Positions 9,702 to 19,968 of a DNA stretch of 64,000 bases are shown here, piece after piece. The notes beneath the pieces were generated by a model. It was not told the DNA's origin and made no database searches. It was given only the letters and a program-made list of their open reading frames with translations. Both the position numbers and the translations under genes were made by a program. Location: sequence record NC_048182.1; one strand, given 5' to 3'. The stretch's first letter is position 1. Every line of letters starts with the position of its first letter.

Positions 9702-10502
9702 ATGAGCAACTTCGGTGGAAACAACAACGGTAAAGAATTCGCACGTCGTCCACAGTCTATCTTCAACGATTACCGTTACCCAATGCCTACTTCTGACAAA
9801 CCAGTTGAAGGTGCTAAATACCCTGCGCGCTGGACTTGGGAATTGGGTCTGTCTGGTCAGATCTTCTTCAAAGTTAACGATGGTGTCTGGGGTAAAGACG
9901 ATCGCAATGCGAAGTCCAAAGAAGTTGAACTGTCTAACTTCGATCGTAACGCTATTCTGAACTTGATGCAGAATGCGATTGATGATGTAAACTTCACCAA
10001 AGCTCAGTACGTTGTTAAGAAGATCACCTTCGGCAACGGTAAACTGAACGACTTCCCATCCGTCATGGCAACCTTCACGATCATCCGTGACAGCGAAGGT
10101 AAAATCCATGTGGGCTATACCAAAGGCACTTACAAAGTAATGTTCCCGTTCACTTCCCCGTACGAATCTACCATCCTGGTAGCACAGAACGGTGGCGAAC
10201 CAACCGAAGCCAAAGGTCTGATGTCTCGTGTCTTCTGTAAGGCGTTTATCGACTACTCTCGTAAATTCCTGGATCAGTACGAATACGAAAACTACAAACC
10301 AAAAGAGAAGAAAGAGAACGGCGGTAACGGCGGTGGTGGTTTCCAACGTGGTGGTAACGGCGGCGGTAACTCATGGGGTGGTGGTAACAATAACAACTCT
10401 GGTGGTGGTAATAGCTGGGGTGGTAACGGCGGGAATAGCAATGGCGGTGGTCAACAACGTCAGGCATCTGTTCCAGATTTCGCCGAAGATATCGACTTCT
10501 AA
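9702..10502 (+). CDS. chmC: ChmC-like nucleic-acid-binding protein (phiKZ gp67-like) with Gly/Asn-rich disordered tail
   Basis: 266 aa, optimised codons; immediately upstream of the gp68-like and PicA-like genes, as for ChmC; beta-rich N domain, GGN/SWGG low-complexity C-terminus and acidic tip DFAEDIDF. Confidence 0.65.
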   Translation: MSNFGGNNNGKEFARRPQSIFNDYRYPMPTSDKPVEGAKYPARWTWELGLSGQIFFKVNDGVWGKDDRNAKSKEVELSNFDRNAILNLMQNAIDDVNFTKAQYVVKKITFGNGKLNDFPSVMATFTIIRDSEGKIHVGYTKGTYKVMFPFTSPYESTILVAQNGGEPTEAKGLMSRVFCKAFIDYSRKFLDQYEYENYKPKEKKENGGNGGGGFQRGGNGGGNSWGGGNNNNSGGGNSWGGNGGNSNGGGQQRQASVPDFAEDIDF

Positions 10503-10521
10503 TTAACGGACTAAACTAAAC

Positions 10522-10554
10522 AACCTAGAGAGCTTCGCGCTCTCTAGGTTTTTA
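10522..10554 (+). terminator. Intrinsic terminator
   Basis: AACCTAGAGAGC-TTCGC-GCTCTCTAGGTT followed by TTTA. Confidence 0.85.
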
Positions 10555-10574
10555 TAACGGTCTAAAGTTTTTGA

Positions 10575-10598
10575 GGCAGATATTATTAGATTGTATAG
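10575..10598 (+). promoter_or_regulatory. Putative early phage promoter
   Basis: GGCAGATATTATTAGATTGTATAG; near-identical to the copy upstream of chmA. Confidence 0.55.
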
Positions 10599-10629
10599 CC
10601 ATAAAAGTTTTACATAGAGGAGAAGGGCA

Positions 10630-12255
10630 ATGCGCTATGACATTCGTATGTCGGGCAAAAAGAACATTGATGCAATCATTGTCTCTCACCTTGGAGAGTC
10701 TATCATCTTCAAAGGTGTGCAGAAAGTAAACGGTGGGGATGCGGACCAAGAACTGTTTGAATTCTTAAATGAATTCTTCCAGGGCATTGATCCAATGGTC
10801 TTGAACAAGTTATGGATCCAGATTAAGAAAGGCAAACAAATTCTGGAGCCAGGTTACTTTGATGAAGTAGACAGAGTCGAGTTGGGAGAACTCCGCAATA
10901 AGAACCAGGATTATAAATTCCTGTGTGGTAAACTGTATCCCGTCCTTCTCGATATGTACAAACTGATTACCCCAGCGGAAATTGGTTATGGTGCATTGGT
11001 ATCTGGAAAATGTGAAGCACCTAAAGACTTAATGGCGATGAGTCAAATGGGTGACTATCCGGAAGAGACAACTATCGACGGTGGTAAATATGCTGAGCTG
11101 GTTAAGTTAGCATTCTCCGGTCAATTGATCTTCCCGATTATTAACCAGTTGCTGGATCATGTCTTCCAAATCGCAGGGAAGGATTATAAGGATGCAATTG
11201 CTGGCGAGCACTTAGTTGCTAAGCTGGAACCTTTAACCCAAATGCCTGGTTGGAGTATTCTGGATACTTATGTCCGAGCATCTTGTATGCGTCAGGAAGC
11301 TCGTCGTGGTTCTATCGGTGTAGTCAGCGAAGTGAAGTACATTGACTATATTGTATATAAAGGATTGTTCAACAAACTCTGTCTGACATTCCTGCCAAGC
11401 AAAGCTGCTGGCAAGAACTTGTCTAAAGAACTGAACAGTTTGGTGGAAGGTGAAATTCGTGGTGGAACTGATGTTAAGTTCAAAACCTATAAGGATCCCA
11501 AACCAGGTTCTGATGACCAGTCGATTCCAGAATCATATCGTATTGCTCAAGCAGTAAACGGTACGGATGAAATCGCGCAGGCTGAGTACTTCACTTTTGA
11601 TTTATATGATGAAGTGGATAACGGTACTGAGAAACCTGATCTGGTTCGTAAGAACAAAGACTTCTTCAAGTATCAGTGTCAGGGCTTGGGTATCAAAAAC
11701 CAACAACTGGCAGAACGGTTGTTTAACAATCTTCCTCGTGTTTGGAAGTTCCAGTTGAACAACATTCATACTAAACTGTTGCAGCTCACATTTATTAACG
11801 ACATCAACTATTACTTGATGCCTGTCTTAAATTATGAGCAGTTAATGGCGGCAATCTGTTTAGCTCAGGTTAAACTGTATGAAATGGGATTCGAGCATCT
11901 GGCTGTGCTGATGACCATCGTTCGAAATAAAGATTATCCTTTAGCGTATCTGGATGACGACTTTAAGTTGACGACCAAAGACCGCGAAGCACTAATCGAA
12001 ATGTGTGATATTTACATCGGGCAAAATGTGAATAGCACCGAAAACATCCTGGTTAAGTCAGTCTCTGATTTCCTGGATGAGCTAAGTACTTCTGGTTGGG
12101 ATTCCACAATCGAACCTGGGTTACTGGGCAATGAGAAATTCGTAAACGCAATGAGCGGCGGGCATAGTTATCAGGTTGACATGGTCCCTGAAATCAAACG
12201 CGAACTCTTAGCGTTAGTCAAGTTAGCGAACACTATAGATTCTATCGAGGAATAA
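10630..12255 (+). CDS. Non-virion RNAP promoter-specificity subunit (phiKZ gp68-like)
   Basis: 541 aa; size and position (between ChmC-like and PicA-like genes, upstream of the beta/beta' genes) match gp68; no catalytic motif. Confidence 0.65.
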   Translation: MRYDIRMSGKKNIDAIIVSHLGESIIFKGVQKVNGGDADQELFEFLNEFFQGIDPMVLNKLWIQIKKGKQILEPGYFDEVDRVELGELRNKNQDYKFLCGKLYPVLLDMYKLITPAEIGYGALVSGKCEAPKDLMAMSQMGDYPEETTIDGGKYAELVKLAFSGQLIFPIINQLLDHVFQIAGKDYKDAIAGEHLVAKLEPLTQMPGWSILDTYVRASCMRQEARRGSIGVVSEVKYIDYIVYKGLFNKLCLTFLPSKAAGKNLSKELNSLVEGEIRGGTDVKFKTYKDPKPGSDDQSIPESYRIAQAVNGTDEIAQAEYFTFDLYDEVDNGTEKPDLVRKNKDFFKYQCQGLGIKNQQLAERLFNNLPRVWKFQLNNIHTKLLQLTFINDINYYLMPVLNYEQLMAAICLAQVKLYEMGFEHLAVLMTIVRNKDYPLAYLDDDFKLTTKDREALIEMCDIYIGQNVNSTENILVKSVSDFLDELSTSGWDSTIEPGLLGNEKFVNAMSGGHSYQVDMVPEIKRELLALVKLANTIDSIEE

Positions 12256-12258
12256 ACA

Positions 12259-13800
12259 ATGAGTATCACTCTGGTAAAAGCACGCGCAGGTCTGACCAAC
12301 TATTATCACAACCAGGTAATTCGTAACTCGGTATTGGACATCGATTCCACAATCATTGATCAACTGACCGAGCAGAACATCAGCGGCGGTATTTCTGGCG
12401 CTTCTTTATTGAATGCGGCTGTAATGTCTGGTGGTCTGAATGCTCAGGCTTCTGGTTATGCCAATATTGCCGGTGGTTGGAATGAATCCAAAGGTTTGAT
12501 GCATCTGACTTTTGTGACTCAGGATACCCCGGTTAACGTTGAATATATGAACGTTATTGGTTATGTGACCAACAATGGTTCTATGGAAGGTCTGACTACC
12601 GATGCGGTGTTTACACCAGTAATGAGTTGGAAAACTCATGAGACCTTAACCGGCTCATTGAATCTGGATAACCCAACTAACGTTCGTCGTGTAATCGGTG
12701 GTCGTTCTGACTATCTGCTGAATGATGGTTCTCAAAACCAGATGATCTCTCTTCGTCCTAATGACGTAATTGATTATTCTATTGAGCGCGCTAACCAGCA
12801 GGACATCATGCAGCGAATGCAAGATGAAGGTATGGATGCATTTAACCCTACCACCACAGTAGGGGCTTCTGACATTAACCGTGTCGGTGTAGTCGCATCT
12901 AAACGTTCTAACCTGAACCCATCGTTGTATGCAGCAGACATTCTGAAAGCCGGTACTGGTTATCAGCGTAACTCTGCAATCAGTAACAATATGCTGGACA
13001 GCATGGGGACTAATGAATCCGCATTTGACGGTATGTTTAACGAACTGGCCAATATTTCTTATCAGGCAAGTAACGTTGAACCAAACCTGATTCGTGATGA
13101 GTTCTTCCATGAAATGATGGAAATGCAGGGTTCGTCTCAGATGCGTGGTTTCCGTGGTTGGTCTGTCATGGACTTGATGACCGCATTCGAAAACCTGAAC
13201 GATGTATTGGACTTGACTCTGATGGACCAATCTCAGTTCCCATCTTTAGACTTTACTCAGAACACTGAAGTGCTGGGTACTTCTGCTCCTGAAGATATCA
13301 TCTCTCAGGAAATCACAATGAACATCATGGACCTGATGATCAAATACGGTTTGGGTGCAATTAACTTCCGTGGTTCTAACTGTGATAACTTCGGCGGTGA
13401 TGGCGGTCTGGGTAATATCGTAATTGTTCCATTCAACCCAGCTTCTCTGACTGATGACGATTATAATGTCGGTCAGAACTCTGTAGCATTTACCGAAGAG
13501 CTGAAGTCTCAAATCTTTGCGAAACTAAATGGTGTTCGTGTAGGTCAGATGACTCCGGTTCGCTTTGATGTTACAGCCGAACTGTTCGGTACCTGTGTAA
13601 TCAACATTACTACCGTTGACGAACACAACCAGGGTATGGGCTTCTCCATGAATGATGCTGGCGGTATCGCAGGTTTGTTCGCTCGTTCATTCCCGACTTT
13701 TGCCATTAACAACTTCTCCTCGGTGGTTGGTGATAAAGAAGCTGCACAAATTGCAGGCGCAAACTTCTACACTAACCTTGAAACTTATTTCAAATACTAA
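12259..13800 (+). CDS. picA: PicA/Imp1-like nuclear import protein (phiKZ gp69-like)
   Basis: 513 aa directly after the gp68-like gene, GAGGA RBS; assignment mainly by synteny and size. Confidence 0.6.
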   Translation: MSITLVKARAGLTNYYHNQVIRNSVLDIDSTIIDQLTEQNISGGISGASLLNAAVMSGGLNAQASGYANIAGGWNESKGLMHLTFVTQDTPVNVEYMNVIGYVTNNGSMEGLTTDAVFTPVMSWKTHETLTGSLNLDNPTNVRRVIGGRSDYLLNDGSQNQMISLRPNDVIDYSIERANQQDIMQRMQDEGMDAFNPTTTVGASDINRVGVVASKRSNLNPSLYAADILKAGTGYQRNSAISNNMLDSMGTNESAFDGMFNELANISYQASNVEPNLIRDEFFHEMMEMQGSSQMRGFRGWSVMDLMTAFENLNDVLDLTLMDQSQFPSLDFTQNTEVLGTSAPEDIISQEITMNIMDLMIKYGLGAINFRGSNCDNFGGDGGLGNIVIVPFNPASLTDDDYNVGQNSVAFTEELKSQIFAKLNGVRVGQMTPVRFDVTAELFGTCVINITTVDEHNQGMGFSMNDAGGIAGLFARSFPTFAINNFSSVVGDKEAAQIAGANFYTNLETYFKY

Positions 13801-13820
13801 TATAGAAACGGACACTGAAC

Positions 13821-15350
13821 ATGAATAAGCTGAACAAACTGTATGAAGCAATGCTGAAATCCTGGGGTTGTACTCTGGATGAGCAATCTGCTATCTTCCT
13901 GAATTTCTCCGGTACTAGTGTGCCCGTTAAAGTGGATGATAAACAGGTCTATCTCCCAACCTCAGAAAACCTGAACGGCATCACCATCGGTAAAGTGTTC
14001 TTCCACCCGGCATGTGAATCCATCATGTCCAAGGAAACCGAAATCTTTAAAGTTATCCGCAAACTGTCATCTGCGAAAATCTATGCTGTATTCCAGCCGA
14101 TCTTCGAAGTCCTGGTAGCGGTAGCCAATAAGAAGTCTGGTAAAACTCTGACCGGTAAAACTCTGGAACTGCTGGAGCCGTTTAAAGCGGTAACCAAATC
14201 GGTGAAAGAAGAAGTCATCAATTTGATCAAAACCATTTCCATCACACTGGAAGATACAGGTCTGGATACTCGCCTGATTACTTTCAGCATGATTAAGGGT
14301 GGTAAAAATGATGATGACCAACCTATCTATTACACTGCGACCCCAAGCTTCCCGTTCTATACTGAACTGTATCGCACCGCAGCGCAGAACGAGCATCTGA
14401 AATCTAACGAGCGTATTACGTTCAACAACCTGAATGTTTCTATGCAGGCTGTTCGTACTGTGATTGCTCTGTTTGAAATTGCTCTGCCTGCCTGTACCGA
14501 TCCAAGCCGTAAGAAGTATTCCGTAACGACTTCTGAAGCTGCACGTCTGGTAGCCTACCTGCATTCTTATAGCCTGGTAGTATCTGACATGAACAGCCTT
14601 ATCGGTAAGTTCCGTAAAGAATTCGATGCGATCGGTATTTACGGTGTTGATCTGGATTGGGTGTCTGACCTGGATGAAATCGGGGAAATCAAAGGACTGA
14701 TTCCGGCGCTGGATTATAACAACTATAATACAACGTCCGCTCCTGAAACTCCGGCAGCTAACTCTGGTGCTCGCATCAGCAGCTACAACCCAATGGCTAA
14801 CGTTATGAACACGGTAAGCCAGCAGGTTGGATTCCAGGCTCCACAGGCGACTACAGCTGCTCCTGTTAATGCTCCTAAAGTTCCGGATGCACTTCCAGGT
14901 GAAGTTTATCAGGGTTGTGACTATTCCCCAACTAACGGCATCTTCGAATTCAAATTCCAGCAAGCTAATGGGATGGTTCGTATTCGTCGTCTGGCTGAAG
15001 ATGGTCGCTTCGTATCTGAAGACTTCCAGAACCCAATGCAGCAGGGTCAAATGAATCCTGCTATGATGAATACCATGATGAATCCAGCAATGATGATGAT
15101 GATGAATTCCGGGATGATGAACAACGGAATGATGAATCCAGCAATGATGGGTAGCGGTATTCCGATGGTGGGTATTGGTCAGCAGCAAGGTCCGGCAGGT
15201 ATGGTGTGGGATCGTTATACCAACTCCTGGATTCCAGGTAACGGTATGAACCAACCAGTAAACAACGGTGGTTTTACTAACAACAACTCTGGTATTCCAA
15301 ACTCCATGGATATGGGCTTTGCCGGTACTAGCAGTATTAACAACATCTAA
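13821..15350 (+). CDS. Conserved nucleus-block protein (phiKZ gp70-like) with Met/Asn/Gln/Gly-rich disordered C-terminus
   Basis: 509 aa; follows picA; tail contains repeated MNPAMM units. Confidence 0.7.
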   Translation: MNKLNKLYEAMLKSWGCTLDEQSAIFLNFSGTSVPVKVDDKQVYLPTSENLNGITIGKVFFHPACESIMSKETEIFKVIRKLSSAKIYAVFQPIFEVLVAVANKKSGKTLTGKTLELLEPFKAVTKSVKEEVINLIKTISITLEDTGLDTRLITFSMIKGGKNDDDQPIYYTATPSFPFYTELYRTAAQNEHLKSNERITFNNLNVSMQAVRTVIALFEIALPACTDPSRKKYSVTTSEAARLVAYLHSYSLVVSDMNSLIGKFRKEFDAIGIYGVDLDWVSDLDEIGEIKGLIPALDYNNYNTTSAPETPAANSGARISSYNPMANVMNTVSQQVGFQAPQATTAAPVNAPKVPDALPGEVYQGCDYSPTNGIFEFKFQQANGMVRIRRLAEDGRFVSEDFQNPMQQGQMNPAMMNTMMNPAMMMMMNSGMMNNGMMNPAMMGSGIPMVGIGQQQGPAGMVWDRYTNSWIPGNGMNQPVNNGGFTNNNSGIPNSMDMGFAGTSSINNI

Positions 15351-15369
15351 GTTGTAAACGTGTAATAGA

Positions 15370-15420
15370 CTACCTCCAACCCGCAAAGGTTGGAGGTAGC
15401 TTTACTTTCTTTTTTTCTTT
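15370..15420. terminator. Bidirectional terminator at a convergent junction
   Basis: CTACCTCCAACC-CGCAAA-GGTTGGAGGTAG followed by a long T tract. Confidence 0.85.
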
Positions 15421-15762
15421 TTATTCTCGAATAACCCTGTTAACACGAACTAATGAATCAATCAATGAACGAGTAGGAATATAGATCCCTTCTTTGTTTG
15501 ACCAATCTGAAGTAGGGTCTTCGATATCGTTAATAAAGGAAGTAACCCAAATCATGTCTTCAGGTACCTTCTGACCGTTATCTTTATTTCTTAACTCACG
15601 CAGGAATTTATGGAAGTTGAACCTATACGCAAAAACGATGTTCTTTTCCACAAATGGAGCGTAACTTGACCCTGCAATCAAAGTTTCCTTACACGATCGC
15701 ATGATCGTTTTAAACTCATCAGTATAGTAATACTGATTACCATCATCAACGCTAATGGGCAT
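15421..15762 (-). CDS. Small conserved hypothetical protein (possibly virion-associated)
   Basis: 113 aa with AGAGAG RBS on the minus strand, ending at the bidirectional terminator. Confidence 0.7.
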   Translation of the reverse strand: MPISVDDGNQYYYTDEFKTIMRSCKETLIAGSSYAPFVEKNIVFAYRFNFHKFLRELRNKDNGQKVPEDMIWVTSFINDIEDPTSDWSNKEGIYIPTRSLIDSLVRVNRVIRE

Positions 15763-15801
15763 GTCTACTCTCTCTATAAAAATTCAAGCCAAATGAGTTT
15801 G

Positions 15802-15825
15802 GGCAGATATTATCTATATGTTACT
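15802..15825 (+). promoter_or_regulatory. Putative early phage promoter
   Basis: GGCAGATATTATCTATATGT shares GGCAGATATTAT with the 10575 copy; about 20 nt before the beta-subunit start. Confidence 0.5.
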
Positions 15826-15845
15826 AACATAGAGGTATTTACACA

Positions 15846-17942
15846 ATGAGCCAAAAGAACCAAATAACTCCAAATACCGCTGGCATAGCAATTGGTATGA
15901 ATACCAACCGAGCGACTAACTCAGCATCTCGTCTTTACATGCTGGGTAAGAACCAAGGTAAAGCAGCTGTAATTTGGGGAAGTACTAACCGCAAGTATGT
16001 GTCGGGCGACGAGCAAGAGTATGCAAAGACTGCACGTAAAGTCGAAGCACTGTCCGATATTGAAGTTGAAGAGGTCCTGTTCGTCAAGAACATCCTTAAC
16101 GATAAAGCTCCTAACATGTGGGGCGTGTATTATGTTATTGTTAAGGACCTTGAAACCGGTTATTACGATGTAATCGAAATGCCTCAGTTCAATGCTCAAA
16201 ATATGGACCTCGGGTTTGAGTACAAGTACGACAAAGACCTGATGCGTTCGGTTAAGAAAGGTGCTCGCTTTAATAAAGGAACTATCTTTGCATCTTCCAG
16301 CCGTATTACTGAGAGTAACGAATGGTGTCCTGGTATCGAAACCAAAGTGGCAGCAATGTCACACGTCTATACCGAAGAGGATGCGGTTTTCATTTATGAA
16401 AGCTATGCTAAGAAGATTGGCGTAACATTCAAACGTTCTCACGACCACCAGTGGAATGAAGATGAATGGATTCCGTTAAACCTTTATGGTACTGTGGATT
16501 CCCCGCAACCATTCCCACTGTCTGGCGAGAAGGTTCGCGATGACGGTATCGTAATGGGCTTCCGTCGTAAAGATCCCGATGCGGCAATGGCTGGCTTAAC
16601 TAAGAAAGCCCTGATGACTCCGGATCCAATCTACGACACATTGTTCTATAGTTCTCCTAACTGCATCGTTGCAGATATCCAGGTAGAAACAGAACGATAC
16701 AAAAACCTGAGCAACAATAAACGTGCTGAAAAGCGTAGTCAACCTCATACCTTGGTTCTGGAAAAACTGGAAGAGGAACAGAATGCCTTTGCAAACAGTA
16801 TCGTAAGTTGGTATAAGATCAAGCAGCGTCAGTATATCGATAAAGAACCACCGATTACTCCTGCACTGTGGAACCTGATCTGTTTCAGCGGTCTGGGTGG
16901 AATCACTCGTGATTTCAGTACCCCACAATCCAACGGTCGTTATACCAAAGTCAAACGTAAAATGGGTAACATCCAGTTGAAAGATTGGCGTGTACAAATT
17001 CATTTGCGTGAAGACGTTCAGGGTCAGGCTCGCTTTAAGAACACCGGTATGGATGGTAACAAATCTGTTATCATGAAGATCCTTCCTGATAAGTGTGCTC
17101 CAGTTGATGATCATGGTGTACGTGCTGATATGACCGTAGGTAACACTCCGGGCTTCCGCCGTCAGATCTTTAACTCATTCATGGAGCTGGACGTTAACTT
17201 TGTTAACATTCACATCTATCCACTGATCCAGAAAGCTTTCAAAGAGAAGGACTTTAAGAAAGCATGGGATCTGGCGTTTGAGTTCTATGAAACCGTTTCC
17301 CCAGAACAAGCGGGGTATATGGAGAACTTTACTGCCGATGAGAAAATGGCTCACCTTGAATGGATTATGAAGGACGAGAATGAGTTCTCTGTACTTGGTA
17401 ACCCAGTTGGCGATATTCAGGGTATTAAGATCATTGAACGGTTAGACAAGAAATACGGTCACATCAAACCAACCCCGGTAACTTACGAGAATGAGTTTGG
17501 TGAAAAGGTTCGTACCCGTTTCCCAATTGTGATTAGTTCTGTTTACTACATCATGCTGGATAAATTCGGTGACGATATCTCTTGTCAATCTACCCCACGT
17601 CTGAACATCTTTGGCTTACCAACCTCGTTATCCAAACAAGAGCGTGCTCGTGATTTCTATCGTGCTACTCTGAACCGAAACGTGGGTGAAACGGAAGGTC
17701 GACTGTTCATTAACCAAAAAGGCGGTGCTGCTGCAGTTCGTATGTTAGCACTGGCTAACTCGGCTGAACTGTTAGAAGAAGCTGTGAAGCGATTGATTCG
17801 TGCGGATAACCCGTTCACGATTCCTCGACTTGTTTACCCAGGGGAAGAAGAGAAAAACCACTCCCTCCAGGTAATTTCCAACATGTTGTCTGACTTTGGA
17901 TTAGTAATAAGGAAAGAATGTGAAGAAGATAAAACTCCGTGA
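15846..17942 (+). CDS. Non-virion RNA polymerase beta-like subunit, C-terminal part (phiKZ gp71-73-like)
   Basis: RFKNTGMDGNKSVI (cf. RpoB GDKMAGRHGNKGVI), DMTVGNTPGFRR, YYIMLDKFGDD, NVGETEGR; continuous ORF. Confidence 0.92.
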   Translation: MSQKNQITPNTAGIAIGMNTNRATNSASRLYMLGKNQGKAAVIWGSTNRKYVSGDEQEYAKTARKVEALSDIEVEEVLFVKNILNDKAPNMWGVYYVIVKDLETGYYDVIEMPQFNAQNMDLGFEYKYDKDLMRSVKKGARFNKGTIFASSSRITESNEWCPGIETKVAAMSHVYTEEDAVFIYESYAKKIGVTFKRSHDHQWNEDEWIPLNLYGTVDSPQPFPLSGEKVRDDGIVMGFRRKDPDAAMAGLTKKALMTPDPIYDTLFYSSPNCIVADIQVETERYKNLSNNKRAEKRSQPHTLVLEKLEEEQNAFANSIVSWYKIKQRQYIDKEPPITPALWNLICFSGLGGITRDFSTPQSNGRYTKVKRKMGNIQLKDWRVQIHLREDVQGQARFKNTGMDGNKSVIMKILPDKCAPVDDHGVRADMTVGNTPGFRRQIFNSFMELDVNFVNIHIYPLIQKAFKEKDFKKAWDLAFEFYETVSPEQAGYMENFTADEKMAHLEWIMKDENEFSVLGNPVGDIQGIKIIERLDKKYGHIKPTPVTYENEFGEKVRTRFPIVISSVYYIMLDKFGDDISCQSTPRLNIFGLPTSLSKQERARDFYRATLNRNVGETEGRLFINQKGGAAAVRMLALANSAELLEEAVKRLIRADNPFTIPRLVYPGEEEKNHSLQVISNMLSDFGLVIRKECEEDKTP

Positions 17943-19938
17943 TTTTGCTAACCTGAACTGCTTTGATATGCTCAACGAAACTGAGCGTCGAGTGCGGTGT
18001 CAGGTTACCGACGACGAAGGTGAGCAAGTATTAACTGATACCTGGTCGATGGCATTATCCTGGTTCAGTCTTATCGTTCACCGTCACTTTAACGAAGAAC
18101 CCTATCTTTGTGATGAAGTGATTGTGTTGAGAAGTGCGGAAGGTCGTCAGGCATTTATCGATGATGATCTCCTGAAAACACCAATCGACAACTTCCTTGA
18201 ACGTCTAATGCCGAAGTATGATGATCCGAAGTTTTATGATTTCATTAAACAACTGGTCTTCACTTGGCACAACCAATGTCATAACTATCTGGCATTGAAA
18301 TCCGAAACTGCTGTAGTATCGGCACGTTCCATTGACGTTCTGCATGTCTATCAACATCCAAAGGTAGCCGACCTTAAACAGCGCGTGATGGACCACGTGA
18401 CTTCTTTAGCAGATGCTGCTATTGAATTTGAGAAGATCATGATGACGGAACCGGCTTTTGATAAGTCAGTATTCGGTCTTCTGTATCGTACTCGTTCAGT
18501 AAACCCAACCCAGTCGTTCCAGCTGGTTATTTCTCGCGGTGACGTATTCGACCTGAATAACGTTATTCTTCCTAACACAGTAATGACCAGTTATGCTGAT
18601 GGTATTACAAACCTGACGGATTCCTTAGGTGACTCCAAAGCTGCAGGGTTCTCCCTGATCAGTAACGGCTCAGCACTACAGGACTCCGAATGGTTCCATA
18701 AAAAGATCCACAACGTTGCACAGGTTGTACAACAAGTTCAGTATCAAACTGACTGTGGTTCTTCACATGGTCCAATTATTAAGATCATCAGTAAAGAGTT
18801 TGCTAAGTCTCTGGCAGGGAAGTGGCAAATCAATCCCGATGGATCGAATACACTCCTCACGTATAAGGAAATCAAAAAGCTGGAAACAGGTCAGGTTATC
18901 AAGATTCGTTCTGTTGCCTGGTGTCACAATTCAAAAGGTGGTAAGCCGTGTAGTAAGTGTTTCGGTAAAATGGAATCTGCATTGCCATATAACCCGTATA
19001 CTGGAAAGTCTGCGGTACCTGGCGTGTTCTATGGTTCTACCTTTGCCGAACCTATCGGTCAGTCTATCCTGAAAACCAAACACCGTATCGGTTCGGCAAC
19101 AGCCGTAGGGTTTAAGGTTGAACGTCAGGATAAAGACTATATTACCACCGATGAGTCTGGTGACTTCATCTATTTCCACAAAGGTATTCTGAACGATGAA
19201 TCCGATCCATATCTGATTCTGGATAAAGAAACCCAGCAGGACTTCTCGGACTTCCAATTCATGGACGGTATCGAGGATCTGGATGTTACTCGTCTTCGGA
19301 CTTATGCATCGATTAAACTTCGTATCAACATTATTAACCCGATGTTCGATAATAAGAAGGCGGTCCATTATCCGATCATTGTAACCACCATTGCATCTCG
19401 TGATGCTCGTATGACGAAACCGTTTATCGAGTATCTGTTAAGTAAGCCGATGGAAGAAGAAAACCGTACCTTTAAGATCAGTCTGAAAGACTATGATTTC
19501 AAAGAACCTGCTTTTGAACTCCCACTGGTTAACGAAGACTTGGATGCCTATCGTAAACGTGTAGAAGGTATGCTGAAGTTCCCTAACATCAACCGACGTT
19601 GGGATATGAAAGTAACCGAAGAACTGCACGGTGAAACAATGATCGCGTTCTGGAAGGTTGTAGATGAGAAGTATAAATCTGCAAATATCGTCATGCACGA
19701 TATCTTCCTGTGGTCATGTATGGCACGCAATCCTGAGAATCTCGATTATGGGCTTCCAACAGGTAGTGAACCTCGTAACTTCGTATCCTTGCACGATGCA
19801 ATCCTGAACCGTGGTCTGGGTAACACCTTACTGTATGGCTGGCAGGCTAACGCATTGTTAGGTAGCCCGCTGAACTTCCTGATTAAGAACCGTCAGGGCG
19901 GTGTGCTCGAATCCTTTATCCACCCGATCGCTCGTTAA
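17920..19938 (+). CDS. Non-virion RNA polymerase beta'-like subunit, C-terminal part (phiKZ gp74-like)
   Basis: Bridge-helix-like GITNLTDSLGDSKAAG...VAQVVQQVQYQTDCGS; Zn site C..C..PCSKCFG; GQSILKTKH trigger-loop-like segment. Confidence 0.9.
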   Translation: MKKIKLRDFANLNCFDMLNETERRVRCQVTDDEGEQVLTDTWSMALSWFSLIVHRHFNEEPYLCDEVIVLRSAEGRQAFIDDDLLKTPIDNFLERLMPKYDDPKFYDFIKQLVFTWHNQCHNYLALKSETAVVSARSIDVLHVYQHPKVADLKQRVMDHVTSLADAAIEFEKIMMTEPAFDKSVFGLLYRTRSVNPTQSFQLVISRGDVFDLNNVILPNTVMTSYADGITNLTDSLGDSKAAGFSLISNGSALQDSEWFHKKIHNVAQVVQQVQYQTDCGSSHGPIIKIISKEFAKSLAGKWQINPDGSNTLLTYKEIKKLETGQVIKIRSVAWCHNSKGGKPCSKCFGKMESALPYNPYTGKSAVPGVFYGSTFAEPIGQSILKTKHRIGSATAVGFKVERQDKDYITTDESGDFIYFHKGILNDESDPYLILDKETQQDFSDFQFMDGIEDLDVTRLRTYASIKLRINIINPMFDNKKAVHYPIIVTTIASRDARMTKPFIEYLLSKPMEEENRTFKISLKDYDFKEPAFELPLVNEDLDAYRKRVEGMLKFPNINRRWDMKVTEELHGETMIAFWKVVDEKYKSANIVMHDIFLWSCMARNPENLDYGLPTGSEPRNFVSLHDAILNRGLGNTLLYGWQANALLGSPLNFLIKNRQGGVLESFIHPIAR

Positions 19939-19968
19939 CCAAAGGACAAGGATGTCCAGGAGGCATGT

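Noticed and set aside
9636-10346. 236-aa antisense ORF over chmC and other 60-190 aa overlapping ORFs in the track
   Set aside because: Fully nested in well-supported genes; no independent evidence
9702-10502. Calling this gene a classical SSB
   Set aside because: The tail is SSB-like, but position and size fit ChmC; an OB fold cannot be confirmed by eye
14067-15386. 439-aa antisense ORF with His-rich stretch
   Set aside because: The His runs are the reverse complement of the ATG (Met) repeats of the sense gene
3380-19938. Group I introns, inteins or homing endonucleases in the RNAP genes
   Set aside because: ORFs are continuous, of expected size, with no intein or HNH/LAGLIDADG motifs
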